From an uncultured virus (IMG/VR IMGVR_UViG_3300037119_007256) (taxonomy: Duplodnaviria; Heunggongvirae; Uroviricota; Caudoviricetes): a DNA stretch of 64,000 nucleotides. A model generated the notes under the pieces. It made no database searches and was not told the origin of the DNA. It worked only from the letters and a program-made list of their open reading frames with translations. The position numbers and the translations under genes are program-made. Location of the stretch: the IMG/VR virus record IMGVR_UViG_3300037119_007256. One strand, 5' to 3'. Of the stretch, positions 54,531 to 63,999 are shown in pieces; positions within the stretch are counted from its first letter, which is position 1; every line of letters begins with the position of its first letter.

Positions 54531-55355
54531 GTGTCGTACGACGGCGACCTGGACGACGCTGGTGTCGCGGCGCCGGCGCATATCGACATGTCGGGGTGGG
54601 CTATGTTCTCGTTCGACGAGAACGAGGCCCGTGACAAAGCGGGGAAGTGGACCAAGGCTGGCGGTGAGGGCGCCGGTGACGCCCTCTCGCAGCAGTTGTT
54701 CGGCAAGGGCGAGCGGGCGTTCAAGGCGCCCGGCGATAAGAGGCTGGCCACGGCCACGGAGGAGCTCTTCGGCAAAGCCGTGACCAAGGACCAGATCGCG
54801 GACCTGGCCGGCGCGACGAACGGGGCCATCGTGAAGATAACCTTGGGCCAGTCCGGTGTTGGCGGCGTGTGGAGGACCATCGTCAAGGTGGACGTGAAGC
54901 ACGCGCTGTATACGCAGAAGCGCGAGATCGTCAAGGGCAAGGACGGCAAGCTCGTCGTCAAGAACAAGTCGTTCTACTCCACCGAAGAGGCGCCGCCGGG
55001 CATGGGAACGCGAATGATGGCGAAGCAGGTGGAGACCGCCAGAGAGTTAGGCGTCGCGCAGCTCGAGACGTGGGCCGACGGCAACAAGCACTCGCACAAC
55101 AACGGGTACTACACGTGGCCGCGGCTGGGGTACGACATGCCATTGCCTGATTATTTCACGCTCATGGCGGAAAAGAACGGGTTCAAAAGTCCTAAAACGG
55201 TGACTGATCTTATGTGTCAACCAGGCGGGGCTGAATGGTGGAAGGAATGGGGCCGTGGCGGGGCCGCGACGTTCGACCTGGACCCCGACAGTGTGTCCTC
55301 ACAGGTGCATGCCGCCTACCTCGAGGAGAAGGGGGTGAGGCTTGGCACTGCTTGA
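54531..55355 (+). CDS. Third leader-tagged GNAT-like paralog
   Basis: AAGGAG RBS, GTG start; GMGTRM...NGYYTWPRLGY...FDLDPDS. Confidence 0.7.
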   Translation: MSYDGDLDDAGVAAPAHIDMSGWAMFSFDENEARDKAGKWTKAGGEGAGDALSQQLFGKGERAFKAPGDKRLATATEELFGKAVTKDQIADLAGATNGAIVKITLGQSGVGGVWRTIVKVDVKHALYTQKREIVKGKDGKLVVKNKSFYSTEEAPPGMGTRMMAKQVETARELGVAQLETWADGNKHSHNNGYYTWPRLGYDMPLPDYFTLMAEKNGFKSPKTVTDLMCQPGGAEWWKEWGRGGAATFDLDPDSVSSQVHAAYLEEKGVRLGTA

Positions 55356-58300
55356 CAAACCAGGCCTGGTGTGGACCAGCGTGGTCGACGACCATGACGC
55401 GGATCTTGATGGGTGGGCGGCCTTCGCCTTTGAGGCCGAGAAGCACCCGCGTGGCCCTGACGGCAAGTTTATATCGCGTGAGAATATCACCGAGCAGCTG
55501 ATCGCCAAGGGCTCGGAGCTCGGCGCGTCTGGTGCGGCCAAGGTGGCGGCCGTCAATATGGCCGAGGCGGCCATCGCCGAGGGTACTGCAACGGCCATTG
55601 CCTGGAACCAGGCCGTGGCGCACCTGGAGAGCTTGACACCGGCGAAGGCCGACTTTGCCACCCCTGCTGACTATGCCGCCCATGCCGCACTCAAGGCTAA
55701 GGGTACGGCGGAGGCCATGGACCCATCCTGGGCCCTGACGGCGGGTGAGGCGGGCAAGAAGCAGTCCTTCGGCGCGGTGTTAGTTGATGATACCGGACGC
55801 TTCCTCCTTCGCGAGCCGTCCGGCCACTACGGCGGTTATGCGTGGACTTTCGCTAAAGGCGGGGGCCACGCTGGGGAGAACCCGGTCGACGTGGCCGTTC
55901 GTGAGGTAGAGGAAGAAACGGGCCATACTCCGGTCCTAATCGGCACGGTCCCGGGCAAGTTCGCCGGCGACACCACGCTGAATCGGTTCTTCCTCGCCAA
56001 GTCCGGCGGCCACGACCCGTCCAAGATGGACGAAGAGACGGCCAGCGTTAAGTGGGCGACCCCCGAGGAGGCCGCGGCCCTGATCGGCCAGACCACCTCC
56101 GCCAAAGGCAAGGCGCGGGACCTGGCACTCCTGGCGGCTGCGCAGGAGGCTCTGGCCACTCAGGGGCAGCCAAAGGCCCAGTCGGAACCCCCTGAGACCG
56201 TAGCAGGGCCCGTGGTGACCCCAGGCGGCGTCCAGCTGCACGTCGTCGGCGGCCCCAAGTGGGCGGCACGGGCCGCGGCAGGTTGGACGACCTCGGAGAC
56301 CGGCACAACCGGAAAGCTGAACCTGGTAGCCCCCGATGGTGAAGTCGCCGGTCAGATATATCCGGACAATAAGGGCGGCTATAAGGCGGTGCAGGCCGGC
56401 GGGATGCACCTAGGCGGGTCCAAGAAGTCACAGGATGCGGCATTGGAGGCGGTGGCGGCGGCACATGTGTCCAGCGGCAAAAAGCCGGGTGCCCAGCTAG
56501 GCAATCAGAATGCCTACAAGGGTGGACCGACTGTGGCGGAGCCTGGTGGCAAGATCAGTATCGAAGAGGCCGCCGCCGAGCAGCAGGCCCTGACCGATGC
56601 CATGACGCCGGAGGACTGGGCTGAGATTATTGCGGAAGACCTGGGTGAGGATGAGGATGAAAAAGACCTGATATATCAGGTAGAATCGGTTCACAAAGAA
56701 TTTGCGAAATGGGAGGTGAACCAGGCTGCTGGATGGACATTAAGCGGCTTCGGCACTATGGAGCTCAAAAACCCATCCGGGGCCGTTGTCGGCGTTATAT
56801 CCAGCGCCAGCGGCAAATGGCTAATAGTGTCGGGGCCAGGCCAAGGGCCTAAGTCGTACCCAAGCTGGTCGGCCACCACTAACGCTATGATAGCGGCCTA
56901 CAAGGCTGCCGGGCCCGTGGCAACCCAAGGGGGCGACCTGGGAGAGGGCCCGTATGGCACATGGCCGACGGCAGAGAACGTGCCAGTCGCAGAGTCCGTC
57001 GCCGAGGCCGGTCTTTCCGACCCTGAGGACGGGACCCACCTTCACCCGGACGCCAAGCCTTCTGCCGCGGTCGGGCCGGCCTCCAATCCGTACGGCTGGG
57101 TGTTCAAGAAGGGGTCGCAGTGGGCAGCCCTGGCGCCTGACGGGTCGTCGAAGAACTTCTCCAGTGCCAAGAAGGCCGGGGCCTATCTCGGGACCAAGGC
57201 GGGCGCGGACGCCGCGGCAGAGGTGTCGAGCGGGAAGGCGCCCGGGGGCCAACCCGGGAATCAGAATGCTTACAAAGGCGGTAGTGCCCAGCAGGAGAAG
57301 GATAGGTGGGCCGCCCGTAATGACGCCGGGTGGACGGCGGTCAAGCACCCCGGCAACTCCAATCGGCATGATGTTAAGGCCCCCGGTGGTGAGCTGGTCG
57401 GCCGTGCGGAGTACAACGACGATACCGGCTACTTCCAGGCCTATGACTCTAATGGCACACTCCTTGGGGACGACTATGCTACCAGGGCCACGGCTTTAAA
57501 CGCAGTGGCGACGGTCTATAGTAACAAGAAGCCCGGGGCGCAACCAGGGAATCAGAACGCCTACAAGGGTGGGGCCGCGTGGCAGGAGAACGACAAGTGG
57601 AATGGCCTTGAGGCCACGGGGTGGGACTCGGTTCAGGACACGAGTAACACCCACCGGTATAATATCAAAGCCCCTGGCGGTCAGCCGGTCGGTCGTATAG
57701 AGTACCGCGACGCTGACGGCCACTACTCGGCCTATGACGTCAACAGCGTTTTCCTTGGCAACTACGACATTAGGGCGAGGGCCCAGAACGCCGTCGTGGC
57801 AGCCCACAACAGTAAGAATGCCCTTGAGGGAGCGCTGGGTGCCGCCGGCTGGACGAAGGGCGAGGGAATACTCGGCGGGTCGAAAGTGGTAGCCCCTAAC
57901 GGCGAAGTCGCCGGCTCCGTGTGGCTGGACGGCAACGGGAATTGGGCGGCGGTCGACGCCGCCGGGAAGGAGATCGGCGGTCACAAGAAGTCGCAGGAGG
58001 CGGCTCTAAAGGCAGTGGCGGATGCGTCGGGGTATGCCGCGGCGCTGAAGAGCGGGAAGAAGCCAGGGGCTCAACCTGGCAATAAGAACGCGTACAAGGG
58101 GGGCCCGACCGCCCTCGAATCGGACAAGTGGTGGTCAGCGGTCAGCGCCGGTTGGTCCCTTGAGGGCGAGGGCACCATGACGGTCAAGGACCCGACCGGG
58201 GCTACCGTCGGGCTCGTGTCGAACGCCGATGGCCGCTGGAAGGGGTACTACACCGCCACGGCCGGGCCGATCCAGGACCTTGGGGTCCAGCCGCACTGGT

Positions 58301-61300
58301 CCACCGCTGCGAACGCCGTCAAGGCCGCCCACGAGGAGCAGGGCGGTACGATGGGGGTTGCCCACGGGGCCGAGGCCGACCCGGATGCCAAGGAGGCGGC
58401 GATCGCCCAGTGGGGCGTGCTGAAGGACCAGGGGTGGTCCCTCGAGGCGACCATCGGCGGCATTGTCGCCGGCATGGCCACTGTCACGGCCCCGAACGGC
58501 TCCGCCGCCGGCTACGTGAAGCCGTCCGCCAGCGTCGGGGCCTGGGACGCTGTCAACACGATGAACCAGCCGATCTCCACCCACACCAAGAAGGGGTGGG
58601 CGGTGTTGGCCGTCGTTAAGGACTGGCAGGAGAACAAGGCCGCCGCGGATCAACTGGCCGAAGAGGTGAGCATATCGCACCCGGCCCACCCGCCGCTGAT
58701 GGCCCCGGTGCAGGCGACGGGGGCCATCGCCGACGCGTGGGCCGCCCATAGGGCCGCCCTGGTGGCCAAGGGCCTTCCGCCGGGCGAGCCGGGGCTGCCG
58801 GGGCTGCACAAGGCTGCGATTGACTCTGAGCTTGAGGCGGCGATCGGCCAGTCTGACATATCGGGCACCACTCCCACGACCCAGGGTGGGTCATGGGCTA
58901 ACCCCGCGGAGTGGCAGCCTGGTGGGACGTGGTCGAACCACCTCGTGCCCAAGCTGGTGGCGCTCGGCGTCGATCCAAATACGGCCACCGAGTCTGTTAC
59001 CAACTACCACAACCTCCACGGGGCAGGGACAGCCGCGGTCGGCGGCGACCCGGCCGTGGCGTGGGGCAAGCAGCTCGCCGCTGGGTGGTCGGCGCAGACT
59101 AATGGAATTGGCAGCAGTGCCGAGGTATACCCGCCCGGCGGCGGCATGTCCGTGGGTTACGCGGTCAAGCAGACGGATGGGACGTGGGCGGCTGTCGGCA
59201 CCACCACTGGGGTTGGGGTGGACCTCGGTAACCATGCGACCAAGGAGGGGGCCCTGGCGGCGATCGTGACGGGCAAGAAGCCCGGGGCCCAGCCAGGTAA
59301 CAAGAACGCCTACAAGGGCGAGTCCCTTGAGCGCGAGGGCAAGAAGTGGGCCAAGAACGAGGGTAAGGGGTTCTGGTTCGAGAACAGCCCGCTACCCGAC
59401 GGCACGCCGTCCAAGTCGGTGAAGGACCCTGGCGAGGCGGACATTGGTCGGATCGTGTCTGGCGACGGTGACAACTGGCACGCCCTAGGGCCAGACGGTG
59501 CCGCCCTCGGCACGTACGACAGTCGGTTCGGCGCCCTCAACGCTGTTGTCCACGCGGCCGCCCAGCCCGCCAGCGGCAAGGCGCCCGGGGCCCAGCCCGG
59601 TAATAAGAATGCGTGGAAGGGCGGGCCGCACGACATACCTGGTATGTCGGATCATGAGCACGCGGCGATCGAGGTACTTAAGGGCGGGCCACTTGCCTAT
59701 TCCGAGGTCCAGGCTGCCTGGCCATCGGATATGGACAAGACGTACGCGGCTCAGGCCCTTCACAGCCTCGAGGGCCGTGACCTGGCGGAGCAGAGCCAGG
59801 ATGGGACATGGCACCTGACTACGATACCAACGCCGGCGGCCAGTGGCGACCTGGACCAGCCGGCGCCTGTTACGACGGCCGGCGGTTACGTAGCGGAGCC
59901 ATCTGAATTTTATCCTGGCACGCATAACGTTAAGGACCCTGTTGGTCTCACTATCGGTTCCCTGACGATTGGCCCGTCCGGTTACAAGGCGATGACGGGC
60001 ACGAAGAGCCTCGGCTACTACGACTCGATGGACAAGGCGTTGGCTGCGGTTGAGACGGCACATAAGGGGGCATCGACCACATATCAGCCCGGCACCTACA
60101 ACGAGGAGGCGACCAAATGGCACGGGCTCACGGACAATGGGTGGGCGACCGAATTCGTAGACTCGAAGACTTTCAAGGTGTTGGCACCTGGCGGAGTCCA
60201 CGCTGGGACCAGCCTTGAGGACGACGACGGGAATTTCGCCGCCCATGGGCCCAATGGGGAGTCGCTCGGCACCTTCCTGTACCATGTGGATGCCGTTAAC
60301 GCCGTCGCAGAGGCCTACAGTGGGAAGAAGCCCGGGGCGCAGTTGGGCAACCAGAATGCCTACAAGGGGGGCCCGTCCGGAGACGAGCTGCACAAGTGGG
60401 TGCAGCAGCATGTAGCGGCTGGGTGGGACCATGCCTACTCCATGCTCAACGGCGAGGAGGTCGACAACGTCTACTCGCCGGCCGGCATCAAGGGCGGGTA
60501 CATCAAGGAGGAGACGGTCGACGGTAATAACATCCACACGGCGACCGCCCCCGACGGCACGGCGTTGGGCTCCTTCGACAACCACTATGCCGCCATGAAC
60601 GCCATCGTGCAGTACCACAAGGACGTGGGGTACGAGTCGCTATCTGACAAGGGCCCCATCGCCCTCGGCAGCGGTATGGAGGGTATGGTAGAGGAGGGGA
60701 GCGACGACATCCGGGTCATGCATGAGGACCATGGCCACGTCGGCTGGCTGTCACCGGGGGCGTCCGGCACATGGAAGGCGATCGGCAAAGATGGGATGTT
60801 GTTGGTAGCCGGCCTGGACAGGGAGGAGGCGGCCAAGGCGCTCCTGAACGACGCCGTCACTGGTGCAGGAACGGCAGAGGCCGACGCGGCGGAGGCGGCC
60901 GATGCGGCGGCTGATGCAGCGGCACCGCCGCACTACCAGGAGGCCAGCGAGGGCAATGGCCACATAGAGGCGGCCAAGTGGAAGGAGCGCGAGGACGCCG
61001 GGTGGACGACGGTTGTATCCGGCATGGGCTCCGAGGCTACCATCCAGGAACCGGGTGGGATGGTGGTCGGCTCGGCCGTCATGGACATCGAGGGTTACTG
61101 GACGGCCAAGGGCGCGGACGGCGGGACAATTGGTACCTACCTCTACCACACTGCCGCCCTCAATGCCGTGGCCCACGCCCACGATGGTGGGATAGGTAAG
61201 AAGCCTGGGGCTCAGCCTGGTAACCAGAACGCCGACGCCAAATGGGCTATCGCCACCGTCGACGGGTGGGGAACATCCGTCTTTGACGACGATGGCAATA

Positions 61301-63999
61301 TGGAGGTTTATGCGCCAAATGGGGAAACGGTTGGGAAGATCCAGCTCAGCGATACGGTAGATGCTACTGTACTTGGCGAAGATGGCCTTAGCCACGATAT
61401 TGGCCAGTTTGGCACTATCACGGATGCCAAGAATGCCATAGTCTCGTACCACAGCGGCAAGAAACCAGGCGCCCAGCCAGGGAACAAGAACGCATACAAG
61501 GGCGGGCCTGACCTGGAGGAACAGGCCAAGTGGGAGGCGCACGTCGACGAGGAGAATTGGCAGGAGTCGTACGGTGCCGGTGAGGAGCTACTACTCACCT
61601 CGCCGGAAGGTGATACCGCCGGGACCGTCCACGAGAACGAGGACACCGGCAACTTCGATGCTACCGCAGTCGACGGCGCGTATCTCGGCGAGTACATGAC
61701 CTCGGCGGCCGCCAAGAACGCCGTCGCGCACTACCACGAACAGACCCAGAGTGGGCCAGGGCCAGCGATTCACCCCGATGCCATATGGGGCGGCCACGTC
61801 TCTGCCGGGTGGGGGTACCACGCCGAGGGCGACGAGATACATATAACTTCGCCCACCGGCATCACGGTCGGCGTCCTCAGTGAAGGCCCGCATGGCCTCA
61901 TAATGGCGCAGGTGGTGAATGGTCCCGACCTTGGTGCGTTCGATAATAGCGCAGAGGCCAGAAACGCCATAGTCGCCCACCATAGTGGCAAGGCGCCCGG
62001 AGCCCAACCGGGGAACCAGAACGCATACAAGAACGGGCCAGCCGACGAGGAGGCCGTGAAGTGGCAAGCCGGACCCGGCGGATCCAGTTGGTACATTGAC
62101 AGTGAGGGTTCGGTGTACACCGGCGCCAATATGTTTGCCGGGCGTGTTGAGGAAACCGCTGATGGTTGGAAGGCATACAAGGCTCATGGCGGAGAGGTAG
62201 GGACATATGCAACCAAGTTAGGGGCGTACAATGCGGTCGCGTGGTCCGCCGGATACCCCTACCCGGGGCAGTATGAGGAGTCATACACCGAGGCCACGGC
62301 CGGAGACGTGGGCGACCTGGACGTCGCCGCGCCATCGGTTGCTGCGCCGGCCGCCGCAGACCTGACGGCGGCGATTGCGGCGATCGGCCCCACTGGGCCG
62401 GTCAAGCCGGCCGCCCCGTTGCCGTCGCTCGGGACACTGCCGAAGCCCGCGACCACCACCGAGCTCAAGGCCAAGGTGATGGAGCTCGTCGACCAGGGTT
62501 ACTCCTCGGCCGACGTCGCGACCGCTCTCGGGGTCAAGCAGACCTACGTCTCGGACCACGCCTCACGAACACGTGCCCAGCGTAAGAAGGACGTCGCCGC
62601 CCTCCAGGCCGGTGCGGCTGCGGCTCCGGCCGCTCCGGCCACTCCGGCCACTCCTGTCAAGCCCTACGTAGCGACTGGCCCCGTGCCCGCCGGCTTCCCG
62701 GCCGAGCCGCACAAGTTGGAGTTCGTCAAGGCCCTTGGCGGGTCGACCGGGGCCAAGCAGTATCGGGATGCCGAGGGCGGGCTGTGGGTGTTGAAGAAGG
62801 GTAAGTACGCGGACCACGTGAAGTCCGAGTCCGACGCCGATGCCGCCTACGCGGCCGCCGGCATCGACGTGCCGGAGCACCACCTCTACGACACCGCGGA
62901 GGGGCCGCTGAAGGTCGCCAGGTGGGTAGAGGGCGTGGAGCTCGGCAAGTGGGCGGCGAAGGCCACGCCGGCCCAGAAGGCCGAGCTGGTCGCCAGGCTG
63001 CAGCGCGGGTTCGCCATGGACGCGCTCATGGGCAACTGGGACGTCACCGGGGCGTCCGCCGACAATGTCAAGGTGGACGCCACGGGACGACCCTGGCGTA
63101 TCGACAACGGCGGGTCAATGGACCACCGGGCGCAGGGGGAAAAGAAGGAGCCCGAGCAGTGGAACGAACACCCGACCGAGCTGTGGACGCTGGACGACCC
63201 TAGTAAGAAGACGGCGGAGTGGCTTGGTGCTCCCAGCCATGATACCAAGGTCGCCCAGATGAAGGACCTGTTGACCAGGCGGGCCTCTATTCTGGCGTCG
63301 ATCCAGGACCCGGGGCGGCGCGGGGTCGTCGCCGGGCGGCTGGACTCCATGGCCAGAGTGGTCAAGGCGTCCGATGCGATGAAGGCCGACAATTTCTCGC
63401 AGAAGCACCGCGGGGAGTTCGCCCGCCACCAGGTCGGAATGGCGGCCCACGGGGCATTCGGGATGCTGCCGAAAAAGCTCGTGCCGCAAGGCGGGCCCAA
63501 GTCCGTCACCCTCATCAACCCGGAGAACGGCGTAGCGTTCGACGGCATGCGGGCGGCCGGATACACTCCCGTGAAGCACTACACAGTCAATCTGGTGGAG
63601 GGGTCGCACGGGCAGGGGCAGAAGTGGAAGGAACAGGTCCTGGTCAATGGGGCGGTTGTCGGCACCGTCGAGAAGGTGTCCAGCGGCGTGTACAAGGCCA
63701 CTGACTCTAAAGGGGAGGTCACGAGGTTTACCACGGGTTCGGCGGCAACCACGGCTATAGCGGAACCATACAAGGGGGCGGCAGCCGTGGCTGCCGGCGG
63801 CTCCAAGTTCAAGTCAATGACCGATGGCGTATACGACTACATCAAGCAGCAGGGCGGCAACCCGGAGATCATCAAGCAATGGACGGAGTCGCAGGGCGGC
63901 GGGTCGCAGTCCGGCCACTCGCTGGCGGTCAAGTACTACCTGGCCACGCAGAACTCCTCGGACTTGCAAGGTGACTACTATTGGACCAGCGGTTTGGCC
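55342..63999 (+). CDS. Giant polyvalent protein, >2886 aa, 3' truncated (Nudix + repeats + HTH + PI3K/HipA-like kinase)
   Basis: Frame +1 appears open from TTG 55342 to the window end, which would explain its absence from the ORF track. Nudix box GGGHAGENPVDVAVREVEEETG (~55858-55923); kinase LGGSTGA...DALMGNWDV...DN...RIDNGG (~62700-63300). Confidence 0.85.
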   Translation, partial: MALLDKPGLVWTSVVDDHDADLDGWAAFAFEAEKHPRGPDGKFISRENITEQLIAKGSELGASGAAKVAAVNMAEAAIAEGTATAIAWNQAVAHLESLTPAKADFATPADYAAHAALKAKGTAEAMDPSWALTAGEAGKKQSFGAVLVDDTGRFLLREPSGHYGGYAWTFAKGGGHAGENPVDVAVREVEEETGHTPVLIGTVPGKFAGDTTLNRFFLAKSGGHDPSKMDEETASVKWATPEEAAALIGQTTSAKGKARDLALLAAAQEALATQGQPKAQSEPPETVAGPVVTPGGVQLHVVGGPKWAARAAAGWTTSETGTTGKLNLVAPDGEVAGQIYPDNKGGYKAVQAGGMHLGGSKKSQDAALEAVAAAHVSSGKKPGAQLGNQNAYKGGPTVAEPGGKISIEEAAAEQQALTDAMTPEDWAEIIAEDLGEDEDEKDLIYQVESVHKEFAKWEVNQAAGWTLSGFGTMELKNPSGAVVGVISSASGKWLIVSGPGQGPKSYPSWSATTNAMIAAYKAAGPVATQGGDLGEGPYGTWPTAENVPVAESVAEAGLSDPEDGTHLHPDAKPSAAVGPASNPYGWVFKKGSQWAALAPDGSSKNFSSAKKAGAYLGTKAGADAAAEVSSGKAPGGQPGNQNAYKGGSAQQEKDRWAARNDAGWTAVKHPGNSNRHDVKAPGGELVGRAEYNDDTGYFQAYDSNGTLLGDDYATRATALNAVATVYSNKKPGAQPGNQNAYKGGAAWQENDKWNGLEATGWDSVQDTSNTHRYNIKAPGGQPVGRIEYRDADGHYSAYDVNSVFLGNYDIRARAQNAVVAAHNSKNALEGALGAAGWTKGEGILGGSKVVAPNGEVAGSVWLDGNGNWAAVDAAGKEIGGHKKSQEAALKAVADASGYAAALKSGKKPGAQPGNKNAYKGGPTALESDKWWSAVSAGWSLEGEGTMTVKDPTGATVGLVSNADGRWKGYYTATAGPIQDLGVQPHWSTAANAVKAAHEEQGGTMGVAHGAEADPDAKEAAIAQWGVLKDQGWSLEATIGGIVAGMATVTAPNGSAAGYVKPSASVGAWDAVNTMNQPISTHTKKGWAVLAVVKDWQENKAAADQLAEEVSISHPAHPPLMAPVQATGAIADAWAAHRAALVAKGLPPGEPGLPGLHKAAIDSELEAAIGQSDISGTTPTTQGGSWANPAEWQPGGTWSNHLVPKLVALGVDPNTATESVTNYHNLHGAGTAAVGGDPAVAWGKQLAAGWSAQTNGIGSSAEVYPPGGGMSVGYAVKQTDGTWAAVGTTTGVGVDLGNHATKEGALAAIVTGKKPGAQPGNKNAYKGESLEREGKKWAKNEGKGFWFENSPLPDGTPSKSVKDPGEADIGRIVSGDGDNWHALGPDGAALGTYDSRFGALNAVVHAAAQPASGKAPGAQPGNKNAWKGGPHDIPGMSDHEHAAIEVLKGGPLAYSEVQAAWPSDMDKTYAAQALHSLEGRDLAEQSQDGTWHLTTIPTPAASGDLDQPAPVTTAGGYVAEPSEFYPGTHNVKDPVGLTIGSLTIGPSGYKAMTGTKSLGYYDSMDKALAAVETAHKGASTTYQPGTYNEEATKWHGLTDNGWATEFVDSKTFKVLAPGGVHAGTSLEDDDGNFAAHGPNGESLGTFLYHVDAVNAVAEAYSGKKPGAQLGNQNAYKGGPSGDELHKWVQQHVAAGWDHAYSMLNGEEVDNVYSPAGIKGGYIKEETVDGNNIHTATAPDGTALGSFDNHYAAMNAIVQYHKDVGYESLSDKGPIALGSGMEGMVEEGSDDIRVMHEDHGHVGWLSPGASGTWKAIGKDGMLLVAGLDREEAAKALLNDAVTGAGTAEADAAEAADAAADAAAPPHYQEASEGNGHIEAAKWKEREDAGWTTVVSGMGSEATIQEPGGMVVGSAVMDIEGYWTAKGADGGTIGTYLYHTAALNAVAHAHDGGIGKKPGAQPGNQNADAKWAIATVDGWGTSVFDDDGNMEVYAPNGETVGKIQLSDTVDATVLGEDGLSHDIGQFGTITDAKNAIVSYHSGKKPGAQPGNKNAYKGGPDLEEQAKWEAHVDEENWQESYGAGEELLLTSPEGDTAGTVHENEDTGNFDATAVDGAYLGEYMTSAAAKNAVAHYHEQTQSGPGPAIHPDAIWGGHVSAGWGYHAEGDEIHITSPTGITVGVLSEGPHGLIMAQVVNGPDLGAFDNSAEARNAIVAHHSGKAPGAQPGNQNAYKNGPADEEAVKWQAGPGGSSWYIDSEGSVYTGANMFAGRVEETADGWKAYKAHGGEVGTYATKLGAYNAVAWSAGYPYPGQYEESYTEATAGDVGDLDVAAPSVAAPAAADLTAAIAAIGPTGPVKPAAPLPSLGTLPKPATTTELKAKVMELVDQGYSSADVATALGVKQTYVSDHASRTRAQRKKDVAALQAGAAAAPAAPATPATPVKPYVATGPVPAGFPAEPHKLEFVKALGGSTGAKQYRDAEGGLWVLKKGKYADHVKSESDADAAYAAAGIDVPEHHLYDTAEGPLKVARWVEGVELGKWAAKATPAQKAELVARLQRGFAMDALMGNWDVTGASADNVKVDATGRPWRIDNGGSMDHRAQGEKKEPEQWNEHPTELWTLDDPSKKTAEWLGAPSHDTKVAQMKDLLTRRASILASIQDPGRRGVVAGRLDSMARVVKASDAMKADNFSQKHRGEFARHQVGMAAHGAFGMLPKKLVPQGGPKSVTLINPENGVAFDGMRAAGYTPVKHYTVNLVEGSHGQGQKWKEQVLVNGAVVGTVEKVSSGVYKATDSKGEVTRFTTGSAATTAIAEPYKGAAAVAAGGSKFKSMTDGVYDYIKQQGGNPEIIKQWTESQGGGSQSGHSLAVKYYLATQNSSDLQGDYYWTSGLA
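56476..62040 (+). repeat. Ten in-frame K[KA]PG[AG]Q[PL]GN[QK]NA peptide repeats
   Basis: At about 56476, 57232, 57526, 58054, 59272, 59575, 60322, 61195, 61456 and 61987; synonymous codon variation between copies. Confidence 0.85.

Noticed and set aside
56476..62040. Ten ~45-nt repeats as a CRISPR array
   Set aside because: Spacing is irregular (about 260-1200 nt), copies are in frame and vary at synonymous sites, and there is no cas operon; they are peptide repeats.
62614..62655. 9-bp tandem repeat
   Set aside because: Encodes an Ala/Pro/Thr linker in the giant ORF.
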